Shown here piece after piece: positions 33,920-44,388 of a DNA stretch of 64,000 bases (positions are counted from its first letter, which is position 1; every line of letters begins with the position of its first letter). Source of the DNA: an uncultured Chloroflexia bacterium (GTDB taxonomy: Bacteria; Chloroflexota; Anaerolineae; CG2-30-64-16). The stretch spans positions 192,001-256,000 of the forward strand of contig CAVZDU010000001.1 in NCBI GenBank assembly GCA_963774265.1. Reading direction: 5' to 3'. Made by a program: the position numbers and the translations under genes. A model generated the notes under the pieces. The model ran no database searches. It was given only the letters and a program-made list of their open reading frames with translations, and had not been told where the DNA came from.

Positions 33920-35047
33920 TTAGGAGGCGAGGAAGTCCAGGTAGTTGGTCCGGTTGACCAGGTGTGTCTCGCTGCCCGGATACGCGGCGGTGAAGGCCGC
34001 GGGTGGGCGCCACCGCGCGGCCGTCCACTTGCACTCGAACCCGGCCAGGCGGCCCCCCTCCTCCTCCAGGTAGTCCAGCTCGGCACGGTCATAGGTGCGC
34101 CAGAAGTAGGTGTTGACGTGCCTGCGTCCGTTGTGGTTGAACTTCAGGCGTTCGCTGACGAAGAAGTTCTCCCACAGCGCGCCGCTGTCGCTGCGCAGGT
34201 CCAGTGGATTGAGGTTGTTGATCAGCGCGTTGCGGATGCCCAGGTCGTAGAAATACACCTTACGCAGCCTCGCCAGCTCCTTGCGCAGGTTGCGGCTGAA
34301 CGGCGGCAGGTGGAAGACGATGAACGCCTTCTCCAGTAAGGAGACGTAGCGCTCTACCGTCACCCTGTCTATGCCCAGCAGGGTCGCCAGCTCGTTGTAC
34401 GAGACCTCGCTCCCCACCTGGAGTGCTAACGCCTGCAGCAGCCGGCGCAACACGTCCGGGTTTCTCACCGACTGATACTCCAGCACATCGCGATACAGGT
34501 AGCTGGTCGCGATCTCCAGCACGGGCTCGGCCGGGTCATCGGCCAGGACCACGCCGGGATACATCCCGTAGCGCAGCCGGCGCTCCAGCAGGCGGCCTGC
34601 CTCCAGCGGCGTCTCCTGCGTCAGCAGCTCGGCGACCGACAAGGGATAGAGGCGGAACTCGGTCTTGCGACCCGTGAGCGGCTCAGAAATCGTGGTGGAG
34701 AGCTCGAAAGATGACGACCCGGTGGCAATCACCTGCAGTTCGGGATAGGTGTCGACCAACAGCTTGAGCGCCAGGCCAATGTCGCGCACGCGCTGGGCCT
34801 CGTCGATGACAACCAGGGACCGTCGTCCCACCAGCGCCCGCAGCTCCGTGGAGGTGCGCTTGGTCAGGGCATCCCGGATGTCCGGCTCGTCGCAGTTGAG
34901 GTAGAGGCCGCGGTCGGGGTAGTGGCTCAGAATCTCCCGCACCAGCGTGGTCTTGCCCACCTGGCGAGCGCCGTAGATCACCACGACCTTTCCCTTGAAC
35001 AACGCGGCTTCAACAGCTGGCTGGATGGCACGCGGGTATTGGATCAC
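33920..35047 (-). CDS. AAA_14 ATPase with DUF4143 (PD-(D/E)xK-like) C-terminus
   Basis: GARQVGKTT, IDEAQ, ATGSSS, KVYFYDLGIRN, GALWEN, ELDY..FECK. Confidence 0.9.
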   Translation of the reverse strand: MIQYPRAIQPAVEAALFKGKVVVIYGARQVGKTTLVREILSHYPDRGLYLNCDEPDIRDALTKRTSTELRALVGRRSLVVIDEAQRVRDIGLALKLLVDTYPELQVIATGSSSFELSTTISEPLTGRKTEFRLYPLSVAELLTQETPLEAGRLLERRLRYGMYPGVVLADDPAEPVLEIATSYLYRDVLEYQSVRNPDVLRRLLQALALQVGSEVSYNELATLLGIDRVTVERYVSLLEKAFIVFHLPPFSRNLRKELARLRKVYFYDLGIRNALINNLNPLDLRSDSGALWENFFVSERLKFNHNGRRHVNTYFWRTYDRAELDYLEEEGGRLAGFECKWTAARWRPPAAFTAAYPGSETHLVNRTNYLDFLAS

Positions 35048-35072
35048 AGAACTATCCTAAATCAAGAGACTA

Positions 35073-35105
35073 GACTCTCCTAATTTATACCTAATTAGGA
35101 GAGTC
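35073..35105. promoter_or_regulatory. 13-bp perfect inverted repeat overlapping the promoter of the AAA-DUF4143 gene
   Basis: GACTCTCCTAATT-7-AATTAGGAGAGTC; minus-strand TTGACG at 35105-10. Confidence 0.55.
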
Positions 35106-35144
35106 GTCAAGTCATGCCCCACCAGTGCACCTCCCAACACCTGC

Positions 35145-36416
35145 TCACCTCTCCCACAGCGCGACCGTCTCCACACGACAGGTCTGCGGGAAGAGGTCGA
35201 TCGGCTGGGCCTCAACCAGGCGATACCCGGCGGCCGTCAGGTGCACCCCATCGCGCGCCAGGGCTGCCGGGTCGCTGGCCGCGTACACGATGCGCCGGGG
35301 GCCCAGAGCAACCAGGTCACGCAGCACATCCGGCCCCGCGCCCGCGCGCGGCGGATCGAGGATGACCGCATCGACGCGCTGCTCTGCCCCAACCAGGACG
35401 GGAAGGATCTCTTCGACCGCGCCCTCGTGCAGCTCCACGTTCTCGCGCTCCCCCACGTTGGCCGCGAAGTCTTCGCACGCGCCCGGCGAAGACTCCAGAC
35501 CGATCACATGGCTGCCCGCATCGGCCAGGGGAATCGAGAACAGGCCCACCCCGCAATAGGCATCGAGGACGGCATCACCGGGCTTGACGCCCGCGTACGC
35601 GAGCACCGTGTCGACCAGGGCGGCCGCGCCGGCCGTGTTGGCCGGAAAATAGCTTGTGGCGGACACCCGATACCGGCGCCCATCCACCTCTTCGAAAAGG
35701 AAGGGCTCGCCGATCAGCGGCTGCACCCCCTTCACCGTTCGCACGGCCACGGCAGCGGGCAGATCGATCTCCAGTTCGGGCTGATCCTCTGCGGAAGACT
35801 GGAACAACACTAGGGCGTCGTCAGTGTTGTCGCTCGCGCGCACCTTGATGCCCTCCAGCTCGGACCAGGCCACATCCAGGGCCGCCTGGATCTGATCTAT
35901 CCGTTCGTTGGCCAGGAGGCAATAATCCACCGCGATCAGATCGCGGCCGTTCGCGCGGCGCAGCGAGATGCGCCCTTCACGATCGACCACGAGGTCGATC
36001 TGGTTCAGATATCCATAAGTCAGAAATGCCGGCCTGTCTTGGGGTGCGTCGGGGTCAGCCAGCGCCAGGATGTCGGCCACCGGCGGCTGCGCCAAACGCC
36101 CCAACCTGCGCAGTTGATCCGCGACGATCTCCTGCTTGAGCTCCGCCTGCCGTTCGTAGGCGATGTGCTGCCACTGGCAGCCGCCGCACTTGTCCTGCCC
36201 GAAATAGGGGCAGGGCGGCTCGATCCGATCGGGGCTGGGATCCAGCACCCGGACCAGCCTGGCGCACGCCCAACGCTCTTTCTCTTCGAGAATCTCTGCA
36301 GTCACACGTTCCCCAGGTATGGCGTAGGGCACGAATACCGCCTTGCCTGCGTGCCGGCCGATCGCCTCGCCGCCATGTGCGATGGCATCCAGTGTGAGTT
36401 CGATGATTTGTCCCAT
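35145..36416 (-). CDS. rlmD: 23S rRNA (uracil-5)-methyltransferase with TRAM domain
   Basis: AIPGERV, CPYFGQDKCGGCQWQH, DAYCGVG, ILDPPRAG, DLFPQT. Confidence 0.85.
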   Translation of the reverse strand: MGQIIELTLDAIAHGGEAIGRHAGKAVFVPYAIPGERVTAEILEEKERWACARLVRVLDPSPDRIEPPCPYFGQDKCGGCQWQHIAYERQAELKQEIVADQLRRLGRLAQPPVADILALADPDAPQDRPAFLTYGYLNQIDLVVDREGRISLRRANGRDLIAVDYCLLANERIDQIQAALDVAWSELEGIKVRASDNTDDALVLFQSSAEDQPELEIDLPAAVAVRTVKGVQPLIGEPFLFEEVDGRRYRVSATSYFPANTAGAAALVDTVLAYAGVKPGDAVLDAYCGVGLFSIPLADAGSHVIGLESSPGACEDFAANVGERENVELHEGAVEEILPVLVGAEQRVDAVILDPPRAGAGPDVLRDLVALGPRRIVYAASDPAALARDGVHLTAAGYRLVEAQPIDLFPQTCRVETVALWER

Positions 36417-36440
36417 CTGACCTCTCAACGATTGCGGTGA

Positions 36441-38764
36441 CTACGCCAGAGAACGCGACCGCGCGCGCTTCATCTCCGCTCATCACCAGGTCCAAGCGCC
36501 GCCCACCCGTGGTGGCCGGCACATCGATTATCCTTACATAATCCGACCACTGCGCATCGACGGGCAACAGCACGGGCAGCGCGTTCATGGCGTCTTCAAA
36601 GAAACTCCGCTTGAACGGATTGCCCGGTTCGCCCGGGAAGATCGCGAGCGGATAGATGCGTGATTCGACCAGGTCCTGGAAGAAGTGCGTGCCGTAGGAC
36701 AGGGTGGGACGGTTCCTGCCCTGGCCCCAGCCGATCTCGACCAGCGCGCGCGTGTTGTAGAAATCCGCGTATCCCACCTTGAGCCCCAGGTCCGGGTTCG
36801 AGCTGCCCCATCGGCCCGGACCCATCAGGATGAACACCTTCCCTTCCAGTCGTTGGTTGATGCCGCGCGATCAAGCGCGCCAACTCGAGTTTCTGGCTAG
36901 GATTGACCAGGGCATACTTCTCAGGGTCCACGTAGACGACGTAAGCGATCTGCTTGACGATCCCCGTCGGCACCAGCTTGGCGGTGCCGAAGATGATATC
37001 GCTGTCCGCGATCTTATCCGGAATGCGCACGTGTTCGGACTCACTCGGGTTGCTGTGAGGCCGGCATTGCAGGAGATGCAGGTTGACGGTGGGCTTAGGA
37101 TATGCGCTGCCGATGCTGAGGGTGAATTCGATATCCACCGGGTGGCTATAGCTGAATTCCAGCGCCTTGAGCACTGTCTTCAGATCCGCCGCAAAGGAGG
37201 TCTGGGCGAGCATGCCATCCATGGTAATCACCAGCGAACGCGGATCGAGGCTGCGATCCATGAGCAGCATGGGGCTGATGTAGTCGCCGTTGTCCACCGA
37301 GGCCAGCAGCCGCAGGCCCGGGTAATCGCTGCGCAACACCTCACTCACCGGCAGCGTCTCGAGCTGGTTCGTCTTGAGATTGATGACATCCATGAAATAC
37401 TGGGAGTAATACTTGATTTCCTTGGGTCCGTTCTCCGGGCGCAGGTTGGGATGGCTCAGCGCCACCATGCGCGGATAATCCTCGCCCACACGCTCCACCG
37501 CGCGCGTCCCCAACCCCGTCACCAACCGCACGAAGCCATCTTCCCGGCGCAGCTTAGGATTCCAGACGAAGGGATTGCGGCTATAAGCCACGCCGGCGGC
37601 CGGGGGGAAATAGAAGTCCCCATAGCGCTGGCCCTGCACCACCTGCAATAGGATCGCCATGCGCTCATCGAAGTCGAGCACCTTCTGCTGCTTACGGTAG
37701 AGCAAGACGTCCGGGTTGTAGATGCTGGCGTAGACACGTGCAATCGCCTGGATCAGGAATTGCAGATTCTCAGCAAGCGTCCCCTGGTTCGGGCAGAAGA
37801 CAGCTTTCGTACATGCCCGCGAACGACAAGTCGAAATTGTCCTCCAACAGGCTGGACGAGCGCACGATCATCGGTTTGTTGCCGACTTGCTCCAGCAACT
37901 CCTCCAGCCGCCGGATCACATCCGGCGGGAAGCGGCCCTGCGCATGCCCGCCTGGATCTCGGGATAGTCGTGCTCGATCTGGTCCATGTCCTTGTACTTT
38001 TGGTTCAGATACTTGACCAGATCGTTAATCTGCAGGAATTCGTAGCTGACGTCTGCGCCGACAAAGTAGGTTTCGGGCATGATGAGGTTGATTTGCTGGC
38101 AGGTGTCACAGAAGCGGTCCAGCGTGGACTGAAGGATCTTCCACGCCAGCACCAGGCCGGCCGCCTTGCCGCCGATCTTGCCACGGCCCACCCGGTGTTG
38201 GCGTATCCATGCCAGATCCTCGTAGTCAAGATACTCCTTCGCCACCCGCACGAAGTCAAGCTCATCGCTGATGAGCGCCTTGATCAAAACCACCTTCGTC
38301 TCTTGCATGTGATGCCGCGAGCGCACCTGTTCCTCGGGCGGCAACCTCGAGAAGCTCTCGAGCTGCTGGAACAGGATCTCCATGGAAGCCATTTCCGGGT
38401 TCAAAGCCAGCACCTGCTCCACGGTCGGGCGCTGGTTCAGCACCTGGCGCGCCAACTCCTCGAAAAGCTGCGGGCTGAGGTTGTACGCCCAATAGAACTC
38501 GGTCAGGCTGTCCCGCACCTTCGCCAGGCGGCGCTCCCACACGTCAGCCGATTCATCCTGATAGGGATTGACCACGCCCTCGCGCCTCTGAGACGCCAGC
38601 GCGCGCTCGCGCACCTCTTCCTCGAAGCGTTCCTTGGTGATCACCCCGCGGCGGATCAGTTCCTGGCGCATGCGCTCGCGCATCACGTCGCCCAGGATCG
38701 GGAACGCGCCGAGCAGCATGTGGATGCGATGGACTTTAGGGATGTAGGTCGTATCGTCAGGCAT
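36441..38764 (-). CDS. PEP/pyruvate-binding (PPDK_N ATP-grasp) domain protein; several apparent indels, 3' end approximate
   Basis: GKIGGKAAGL, VRSSSLLED, GLGTRAV, GPGRWGSS, SYGTHFFQDLVE. Confidence 0.8.
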
Positions 38765-38930
38765 ACAACGGTCTCCGCTGCTTCTCTACCAGGTATCACC
38801 TTGGTATGCAATACCCCAGTATACCGTCTCTTGTGCCCCAATCCAACCTGCGCGACAATAGATCGCAGACCGCGCGTTGTCCTGGTGGTCGCCCCATCGC
38901 ATGGCGTCGTCGACATCCTGGGGACCACGT

Positions 38931-41198
38931 ATGACCCTCGTCTATCTTGCTGTTGCCTTTGCCGGCGGCATCCTGGCGGGGCATTTCCTTCGCCTGGCGG
39001 GAGTGCTGTCGTGTGGCACGCCCTCCTGGCTGTTCCCCTTGGCGGTCGCACTCACCCTCTCGGCCCTCCTGCTGGTCCGCAAGCGCCCTTCCGCGCGCTT
39101 GGCCGCGGCGCTGGTCCTGTTCATCGTGCTCGGCGCATGGCGCTATGGCGGCAATCCGTTCGAACGCTGCCTGAGTCCGGCCGACCTTGCGACCTATCAC
39201 CGGGGCGAGGACGGCGTCTGGGCGACCGTGGAAGGGGTTGTGATCGGCTACCCGGACGTGCGGGACCGCGGGACGCGGTACCAGTTGGACGTCGAACATG
39301 TCGTGGTTGACGGGCAGGCGCATGCCGTTCACGGCCGGGCCCTGATCGAGGCCCCCCGGCAGCCGCTCTACGCTTATGGCGACCGGCTGCGCGTGGACGG
39401 CGTATTGCTCACCCCACCCGTCTCCGACGACTTCAACTACCGCCGCTACCTCGCCGCACGCGGCATCCACAGCCTCATCCGACGGCCGCAAATCGGGCGC
39501 CTGGGGTCGGGTGAGGGCCAGGTTTTCTGGCGGGTGCTGTATGAGGTGCGAAGCCGCGCATCCGAAGTGCTGAATCACATCCTGCCCGAACCGGCCGCGG
39601 CGCTGACCAACGGCATGGTGCTCGGCATCGAGGGCGGCATCTCAGATGATGTGAGCGACGCCTTCAAGGCGACGGGCACGACACATCTCATCGTCATCTC
39701 GGGCAGCAACATCGCATTTCTGTCGGGCGCTCTGATCGCGGCCCTGGGCGGACTGATGGCGCGCAGGCGCGCTGCAATGGTGGCTGCGCCGCTCGTCATC
39801 CTCTACGTGCTGTTGGTCGGCGCGGACCCACCGGCCCTGCGCGCGGGGGTGATGGGACTGCTCGGCCTGGGCGCGGTTTTCTTCGGCAGGCAGAACACGG
39901 CCTACGTCTCATTGTGCGCCGCGGGCATGGTCATGACGGCTATCAATCCCCTGGCCTTGTGGGACATCGGCTTCCAGCTCAGCTTCGCCACCAGCCTCGG
40001 GTTGATCCTGTTCAGCCGGCCGCTGGGTGAACGGCTCACCTCCCTGCTGCGGAGGCGCCTGTCGCACGATGAGGCGAGGCGGGTCGTCCGTGCGCTTAAC
40101 AGCACGCTGATCGTCACCGTGGCCGCGCAGGCGGCCGCGCTCCCGCTGATCCTCTATTACTTCGGTCGGCTTTCACCCATCTCCCTGCTGACGAACTGCC
40201 TTGTGCTGCCGGTCCAGCCCGCGATCCTGGCGAGCGGCATCGCATCCTTGCTTGCAGGTGCGGCATGGCTGCCGCTTGGACAGCTCGTTGCGGCGTTGCC
40301 CTGGGCCTTGCTGAGCTACACCGTGGGCGTGGTCCACGCGACGGCGGGCGTGCCCTACGCGTCCGTAGACGTGGGGCCGATCAGCCCGCTCTTCGTAATC
40401 GGGTGGTATGCCCTGCTTGCAGCCGTGCTGATGTCCCCCCGCCTCGTTCGCACCCTGCTTCCGCCGGTCCCCCCGGGCCCGCGGGCTGACCTGCGCCGCG
40501 CCGGCGCGTGGACCGCGCTGTTCCTCCTTCCGGCGTGCCTCTCGTGGTTCGCATGGCGATCGCTGCCCGATGGCCGGCTGCACGTGCTCTACGTTCCGGG
40601 GGATGATACCGAGGCGGTGCTGATCACCGCGCCGGGCGGCCGCTCCGCGTGGCTGTGGGATGGCCGCGGGGATGGCGAGGCGCTGATGCGAAGGACGCTC
40701 GCCGCGCACGCGATGGCTGGCAAGCCAGGCGTGGTGTTGGCCGATTGCGAGGCGAACCCCTGGCAGGAGGGGCCGTGCGTGGATCCTGCCGGTCTCCCGG
40801 CGGCCGCGTCCGTCGCGCTGGCGCCTGAGGTCCTGCTCCAGCGCATGGACACGGGCGCAGCGCCCGCGCTGCTGCTGACCTATGGCCAGTTTCGGACGCT
40901 GCTGCCCGCGACGCTGGCCCCCGGCGCCCAGGCCGCGGTACAGGACCAGGTCCACGGGCTGTCCGTGTTGAAGGCCGCGGGGCCCCGAACCGGCGCGTGG
41001 CCGCCGGTCAGCTTGCTGGCTGCCGCCGAGCCTCAATTGGTGCTGTGGCCGCAGGAGACGACCTATCCGCCCGAGGTGAGCGAGTATTTGGCGACCCAGG
41101 TCGCCGCAGCGCGGGTGGAGGCGGACGGCATTGTGGAGGTGGTGTCGGACGGCGCCCAGTTTTGGGTAGTGCGCCGCAGCGCGGTGGGGCCGCGGTGA
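38931..41198 (+). CDS. comEC: ComEC/Rec2 competence channel with a degenerate MBL tail
   Basis: OB domain (YGDRLRVDG, FNYRRYL), TGTTHLIVISGSN, PPALRAG, DIGFQLSF. Confidence 0.9.
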   Translation: MTLVYLAVAFAGGILAGHFLRLAGVLSCGTPSWLFPLAVALTLSALLLVRKRPSARLAAALVLFIVLGAWRYGGNPFERCLSPADLATYHRGEDGVWATVEGVVIGYPDVRDRGTRYQLDVEHVVVDGQAHAVHGRALIEAPRQPLYAYGDRLRVDGVLLTPPVSDDFNYRRYLAARGIHSLIRRPQIGRLGSGEGQVFWRVLYEVRSRASEVLNHILPEPAAALTNGMVLGIEGGISDDVSDAFKATGTTHLIVISGSNIAFLSGALIAALGGLMARRRAAMVAAPLVILYVLLVGADPPALRAGVMGLLGLGAVFFGRQNTAYVSLCAAGMVMTAINPLALWDIGFQLSFATSLGLILFSRPLGERLTSLLRRRLSHDEARRVVRALNSTLIVTVAAQAAALPLILYYFGRLSPISLLTNCLVLPVQPAILASGIASLLAGAAWLPLGQLVAALPWALLSYTVGVVHATAGVPYASVDVGPISPLFVIGWYALLAAVLMSPRLVRTLLPPVPPGPRADLRRAGAWTALFLLPACLSWFAWRSLPDGRLHVLYVPGDDTEAVLITAPGGRSAWLWDGRGDGEALMRRTLAAHAMAGKPGVVLADCEANPWQEGPCVDPAGLPAAASVALAPEVLLQRMDTGAAPALLLTYGQFRTLLPATLAPGAQAAVQDQVHGLSVLKAAGPRTGAWPPVSLLAAAEPQLVLWPQETTYPPEVSEYLATQVAAARVEADGIVEVVSDGAQFWVVRRSAVGPR

Positions 41199-41299
41199 CG
41201 TGCGCCGCACTTCGCGTCTCTACGGTCTCGAAGGCGCCGCAGCCTGAACCGCAAACGCGGACGCGCCGAGCAGGATCAACGAAAGCCACACCGCAACGA

Positions 41300-41398
41300 G
41301 CGCCCGACCCCGTCGCGCACGAATGCGCCCCAGAGGATCACGAGGACGTTGTAGCCGAGCACGAACCACGCGAACGCTGCAGAGCGCCTGCTCGCCAT
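41300..41398 (-). pseudogene. N-terminal remnant of a COX15/CtaA heme A synthase-like gene
   Basis: FAWFVLGYNVLVILWGAFVR then loss of similarity; RBS GGAGG present. Confidence 0.5.
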
Positions 41399-41436
41399 GC
41401 GATGGCCTCCCTCTGAGCGTCTGACGCTGCGACCGG

Positions 41437-42270
41437 CTAGGCCAATCCCACCAGCGAGCGAAACGCACGGTAGGCTTCGGGCATATCGCGGGCAACGAAC
41501 GTCACGCACCGGCCCTCCGCGCGGCGTGCGCCGGGCATCAGGCTGGCTGTATCGGCCATCTCCGATTTGACGAACTCGACCGTCACGGTGATCGGCGGTT
41601 CGAGGCGGAGGGGCCGCGGGGCCGGCTCCGAAAGCAAGTGCTCCACGCCCTTAGCCGCACACTGCTCGATCAGCTCAGCGGCCTCCGTTGGGTGCAGACA
41701 CTCGGCCGCGTTGCGCCCCTTGGCTTGCTTGACGACCGCGGTCACGATGCCGGGAAACAGCGCCGCAGCTTCTGCGCAGGCGGTCTGGTCGCCGGAGATC
41801 ATGACGACCGGCGCACCGAAGTGACCGCACACCGCGCCGTTGAGCCCGATTTCGCCTACGGCTTGTGCGGCGCCGCCCGCGGGCGCCAGCCATAGGCCAT
41901 TCACCCGGCTGCTCGACCAGGTGTGATCCAGGATGGCGTTCGGCGATCCGACGCGCGCGTGGTAGCCCACAAATAACACGCCGTCAATGCCGGCGTCAAT
42001 GCCCTCGACCATCGAGTAGGGCCGCGGCGTCCCCGAGTTGAGGCTGGCGCGCGGATCAAGCAGCTCGATCAGGATGTTCGTCCCGTCCCAGTGGCCGTCA
42101 CTGACGACGACTTCGTCCGCGCCCGCCGCGAACGCGCCGCGCACGGCCGCGTTCACATCTGCGGTCATCAGGCGGCGGAACCGATCGTATTCCGCGTGCG
42201 TTGGCGTCACCTGGTCGAAGTTAACCACGCCGGTGATGCCTTCCATATCGGCGGCAATCAATATCTTCAT
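41437..42270 (-). CDS. dppA: M55 family D-aminopeptidase
   Basis: ADMEGITG, VSDGH, FVGYHA, LDHT, ISGDQ. Confidence 0.9.
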   Translation of the reverse strand: MKILIAADMEGITGVVNFDQVTPTHAEYDRFRRLMTADVNAAVRGAFAAGADEVVVSDGHWDGTNILIELLDPRASLNSGTPRPYSMVEGIDAGIDGVLFVGYHARVGSPNAILDHTWSSSRVNGLWLAPAGGAAQAVGEIGLNGAVCGHFGAPVVMISGDQTACAEAAALFPGIVTAVVKQAKGRNAAECLHPTEAAELIEQCAAKGVEHLLSEPAPRPLRLEPPITVTVEFVKSEMADTASLMPGARRAEGRCVTFVARDMPEAYRAFRSLVGLA

Positions 42271-43136
42271 GCCTGACCTATCCCTCCAGTGAGGGTCGGA
42301 TCGTAGCCGACCCATTCAATGTCGTCCACACCTTGAAAGCGCCGCGCCATGACCTCCAGTGCGGCGGGATTGTCATCGACCAGGATGAACCGGCGGCCCA
42401 AAACCAGGCAGGCCGCGCCCGCCACACCGCTGCCCGCGAAGAAATCGAGCACCACGCCATCGGGTGGCGACGAGGCGGCCACGATGCGCTTCAGGATGCC
42501 GATGGGCTTCTGGGTTGGATAGCCGGTGCGCTCTGCGCCGTTGGTTGGCACGATGGTGTGCCACCACGTGTCGGTGGGCAGCTTTCCGCGCGCGGTCTTT
42601 TCCGGTCCCACCAGCCCGGGTGCCATGTACGGGATGCGTTCGACTTCGTCCGTGTTGAACAGGTAGTGATCGGGGTCCTTGACGTAGACCAGGATGTTAT
42701 CGTGTTTGGGCGGCCACTTGCGCGTGGTGCGTGCGCCGTAGTCATAGGCCCAGATGATCTCGTTGAGAAAGCAGTCCCGGCCGAAGATGCCGTCGAGCAG
42801 CACTTTGCAGTAGTGCACTTCGCGATAGTCGATGTGAAAGTAGAGGGAGCCGCGCGGAGCCAGCACCCGCCGCGCCTCGACCAGCCGCGGCTCGAGAAAC
42901 GCCAGGTAGTCGTCGAACACGTCCGCGTACGCTCGCGTGGCCAGCTTCGACGTGCGATAACGCCGGCCCGCGAAACCGGTGCGGTCGCCGTCGTCACTAC
43001 GGACGGTCTTGAGCTGCGTGCGGCGCTGCGTCTTGCCCGTGTTGAAAGGTGGGTCGATGTAGATCAGATCGACCGACGAGTCGGTCATCCGCTGCAACAC
43101 AGGCAGGTTGTCGCCGAAGATCACCCGGTGCTTCAC
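42267..43136 (-). CDS. N6-adenine/N4-cytosine DNA methyltransferase (beta class), orphan
   Basis: IYIDPPFN, YPTQKP, VLDFFAGSG. Confidence 0.88.
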   Translation of the reverse strand: MKHRVIFGDNLPVLQRMTDSSVDLIYIDPPFNTGKTQRRTQLKTVRSDDGDRTGFAGRRYRTSKLATRAYADVFDDYLAFLEPRLVEARRVLAPRGSLYFHIDYREVHYCKVLLDGIFGRDCFLNEIIWAYDYGARTTRKWPPKHDNILVYVKDPDHYLFNTDEVERIPYMAPGLVGPEKTARGKLPTDTWWHTIVPTNGAERTGYPTQKPIGILKRIVAASSPPDGVVLDFFAGSGVAGAACLVLGRRFILVDDNPAALEVMARRFQGVDDIEWVGYDPTLTGGIGQA

Positions 43137-43140
43137 AGCC

Positions 43141-44326
43141 TCAATGTTCCCGCAAGTACTCCCGAATCATCAGCGCGGCGGTGGCGCCTTCGCCGGCTGC
43201 CGCGGCGGCCTGCTTGGTGCTGCCCGAGCGCACATCGCCGGCAGCGAACACGCCGGGCAGGCTGGTCTCCAGGTTCAGGTTCGTCGTGACGAAGCCGAAC
43301 TGTCGCGCTGAACCGCTTCAGGCAGCCAGTCGCTGTTGGGGCTTAGGCCGATGAAGATGAACACGCCATCGGGCCCCCATGTGCTCTGCTTGCCGGTTTC
43401 GCGATCCATCACCTCGACGCCCAGCAGCTTGCCGCGCTGGCCGCGGAACGCCTGGATGGCGTGGTTGGTGACCACGCGCATCCCCGGCTCCTTGGCCACC
43501 GCTTCTTGCAGCAGCTTGCTGGCCTTCACCTCCGGCAGAAACTCGACGATGGTCACGCTCTTGGCGTACTGCTTGATGAAGAGGCCTTCCTGGAAGCCGC
43601 TGTTGCCGCCGCCGACCACCAGCACGTCTTTGTCGCGATAGAACGGCGCGTCGCACATGGCGCAGAAGTGGATGGCCGAGCCGATGAGCTCGCGCTCGCC
43701 GGGGACCATCAGACGGCGGTAGCGCGAGCCCGTGGCGATCAGCACGGCCCGCGCGCTGTACTCCGCACCCGAGGTCGTCTTGATGCACTGGTACTGCCCG
43801 CGCGGCCGATCCCCTGGACGCCCTCGGCCTGCACGATTTCGACGCCGAACTTTTTCGCTTGCCTGGTCAGGCGCTGTGCGAACTCCATGCCCGATATGCC
43901 CTCGTCGAAACCGGGGTAGTTGTCCATCATCATGGTGCTGCTGACCTGGCCGCCGGCCGCGCCGCGTTCGAGGATCAGCGTGTTGATGCCTTCGCGCGCG
44001 GCGTAGATGGATGTGGTGAGCCCGGCCGGGCCTGCACCGATGATGATCAGGTCATAGAAGCTGTAACGAGCCGCGGAAACCAGGCCCAGCTTTGGAGCCA
44101 GGGCCTCGTTGCTCGGCTCGACCAGCACCGCGCCATCGGGAAAAACGATGGTGGGAACGCTGCGGTTGCCGTGGTTGAGTCGCTCCACCTCGGCCTGCGC
44201 GGCGAGATCCTGATCGATGTCAATGTAGTCGTAGGCAACGCGGTGCTCGCCCAGAAATTGCTTGCAGCGGCGGCAGTCGGGGCACCAGGGGGTGCCGTAT
44301 ACGATCAGCGGCCTTTCCTGTCCCAT
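43141..44326 (-). CDS. trxB: Glutaredoxin/mycoredoxin-like domain fused to thioredoxin reductase; apparent indels near 43800 and 43310
   Basis: WCPDC..SVPTI, then [35 protein letters not shown]. Confidence 0.85.
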
Positions 44327-44335
44327 CTCGGCTCC

Positions 44336-44388
44336 TTGACACGGGTTTTGGCGGGGGCTAGTATAACACACGGGAGGATCTGGTCCAA
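44336..44388. promoter_or_regulatory. Overlapping divergent promoters
   Basis: Plus strand TTGACA-17-TAGTAT; minus strand TTGGAC-17-TATACT; the -10 elements overlap. Confidence 0.45.

Noticed and set aside
37760-39310. Long antisense/shadow ORFs (e.g. 516 aa here, also 122-1150, 5359-6618 and 47998-49353)
   Set aside because: They lie opposite or overlap well-supported genes and have no motifs; such ORFs are expected in high-GC DNA.
42267-43136. Restriction-modification system
   Set aside because: No endonuclease or specificity gene is adjacent.
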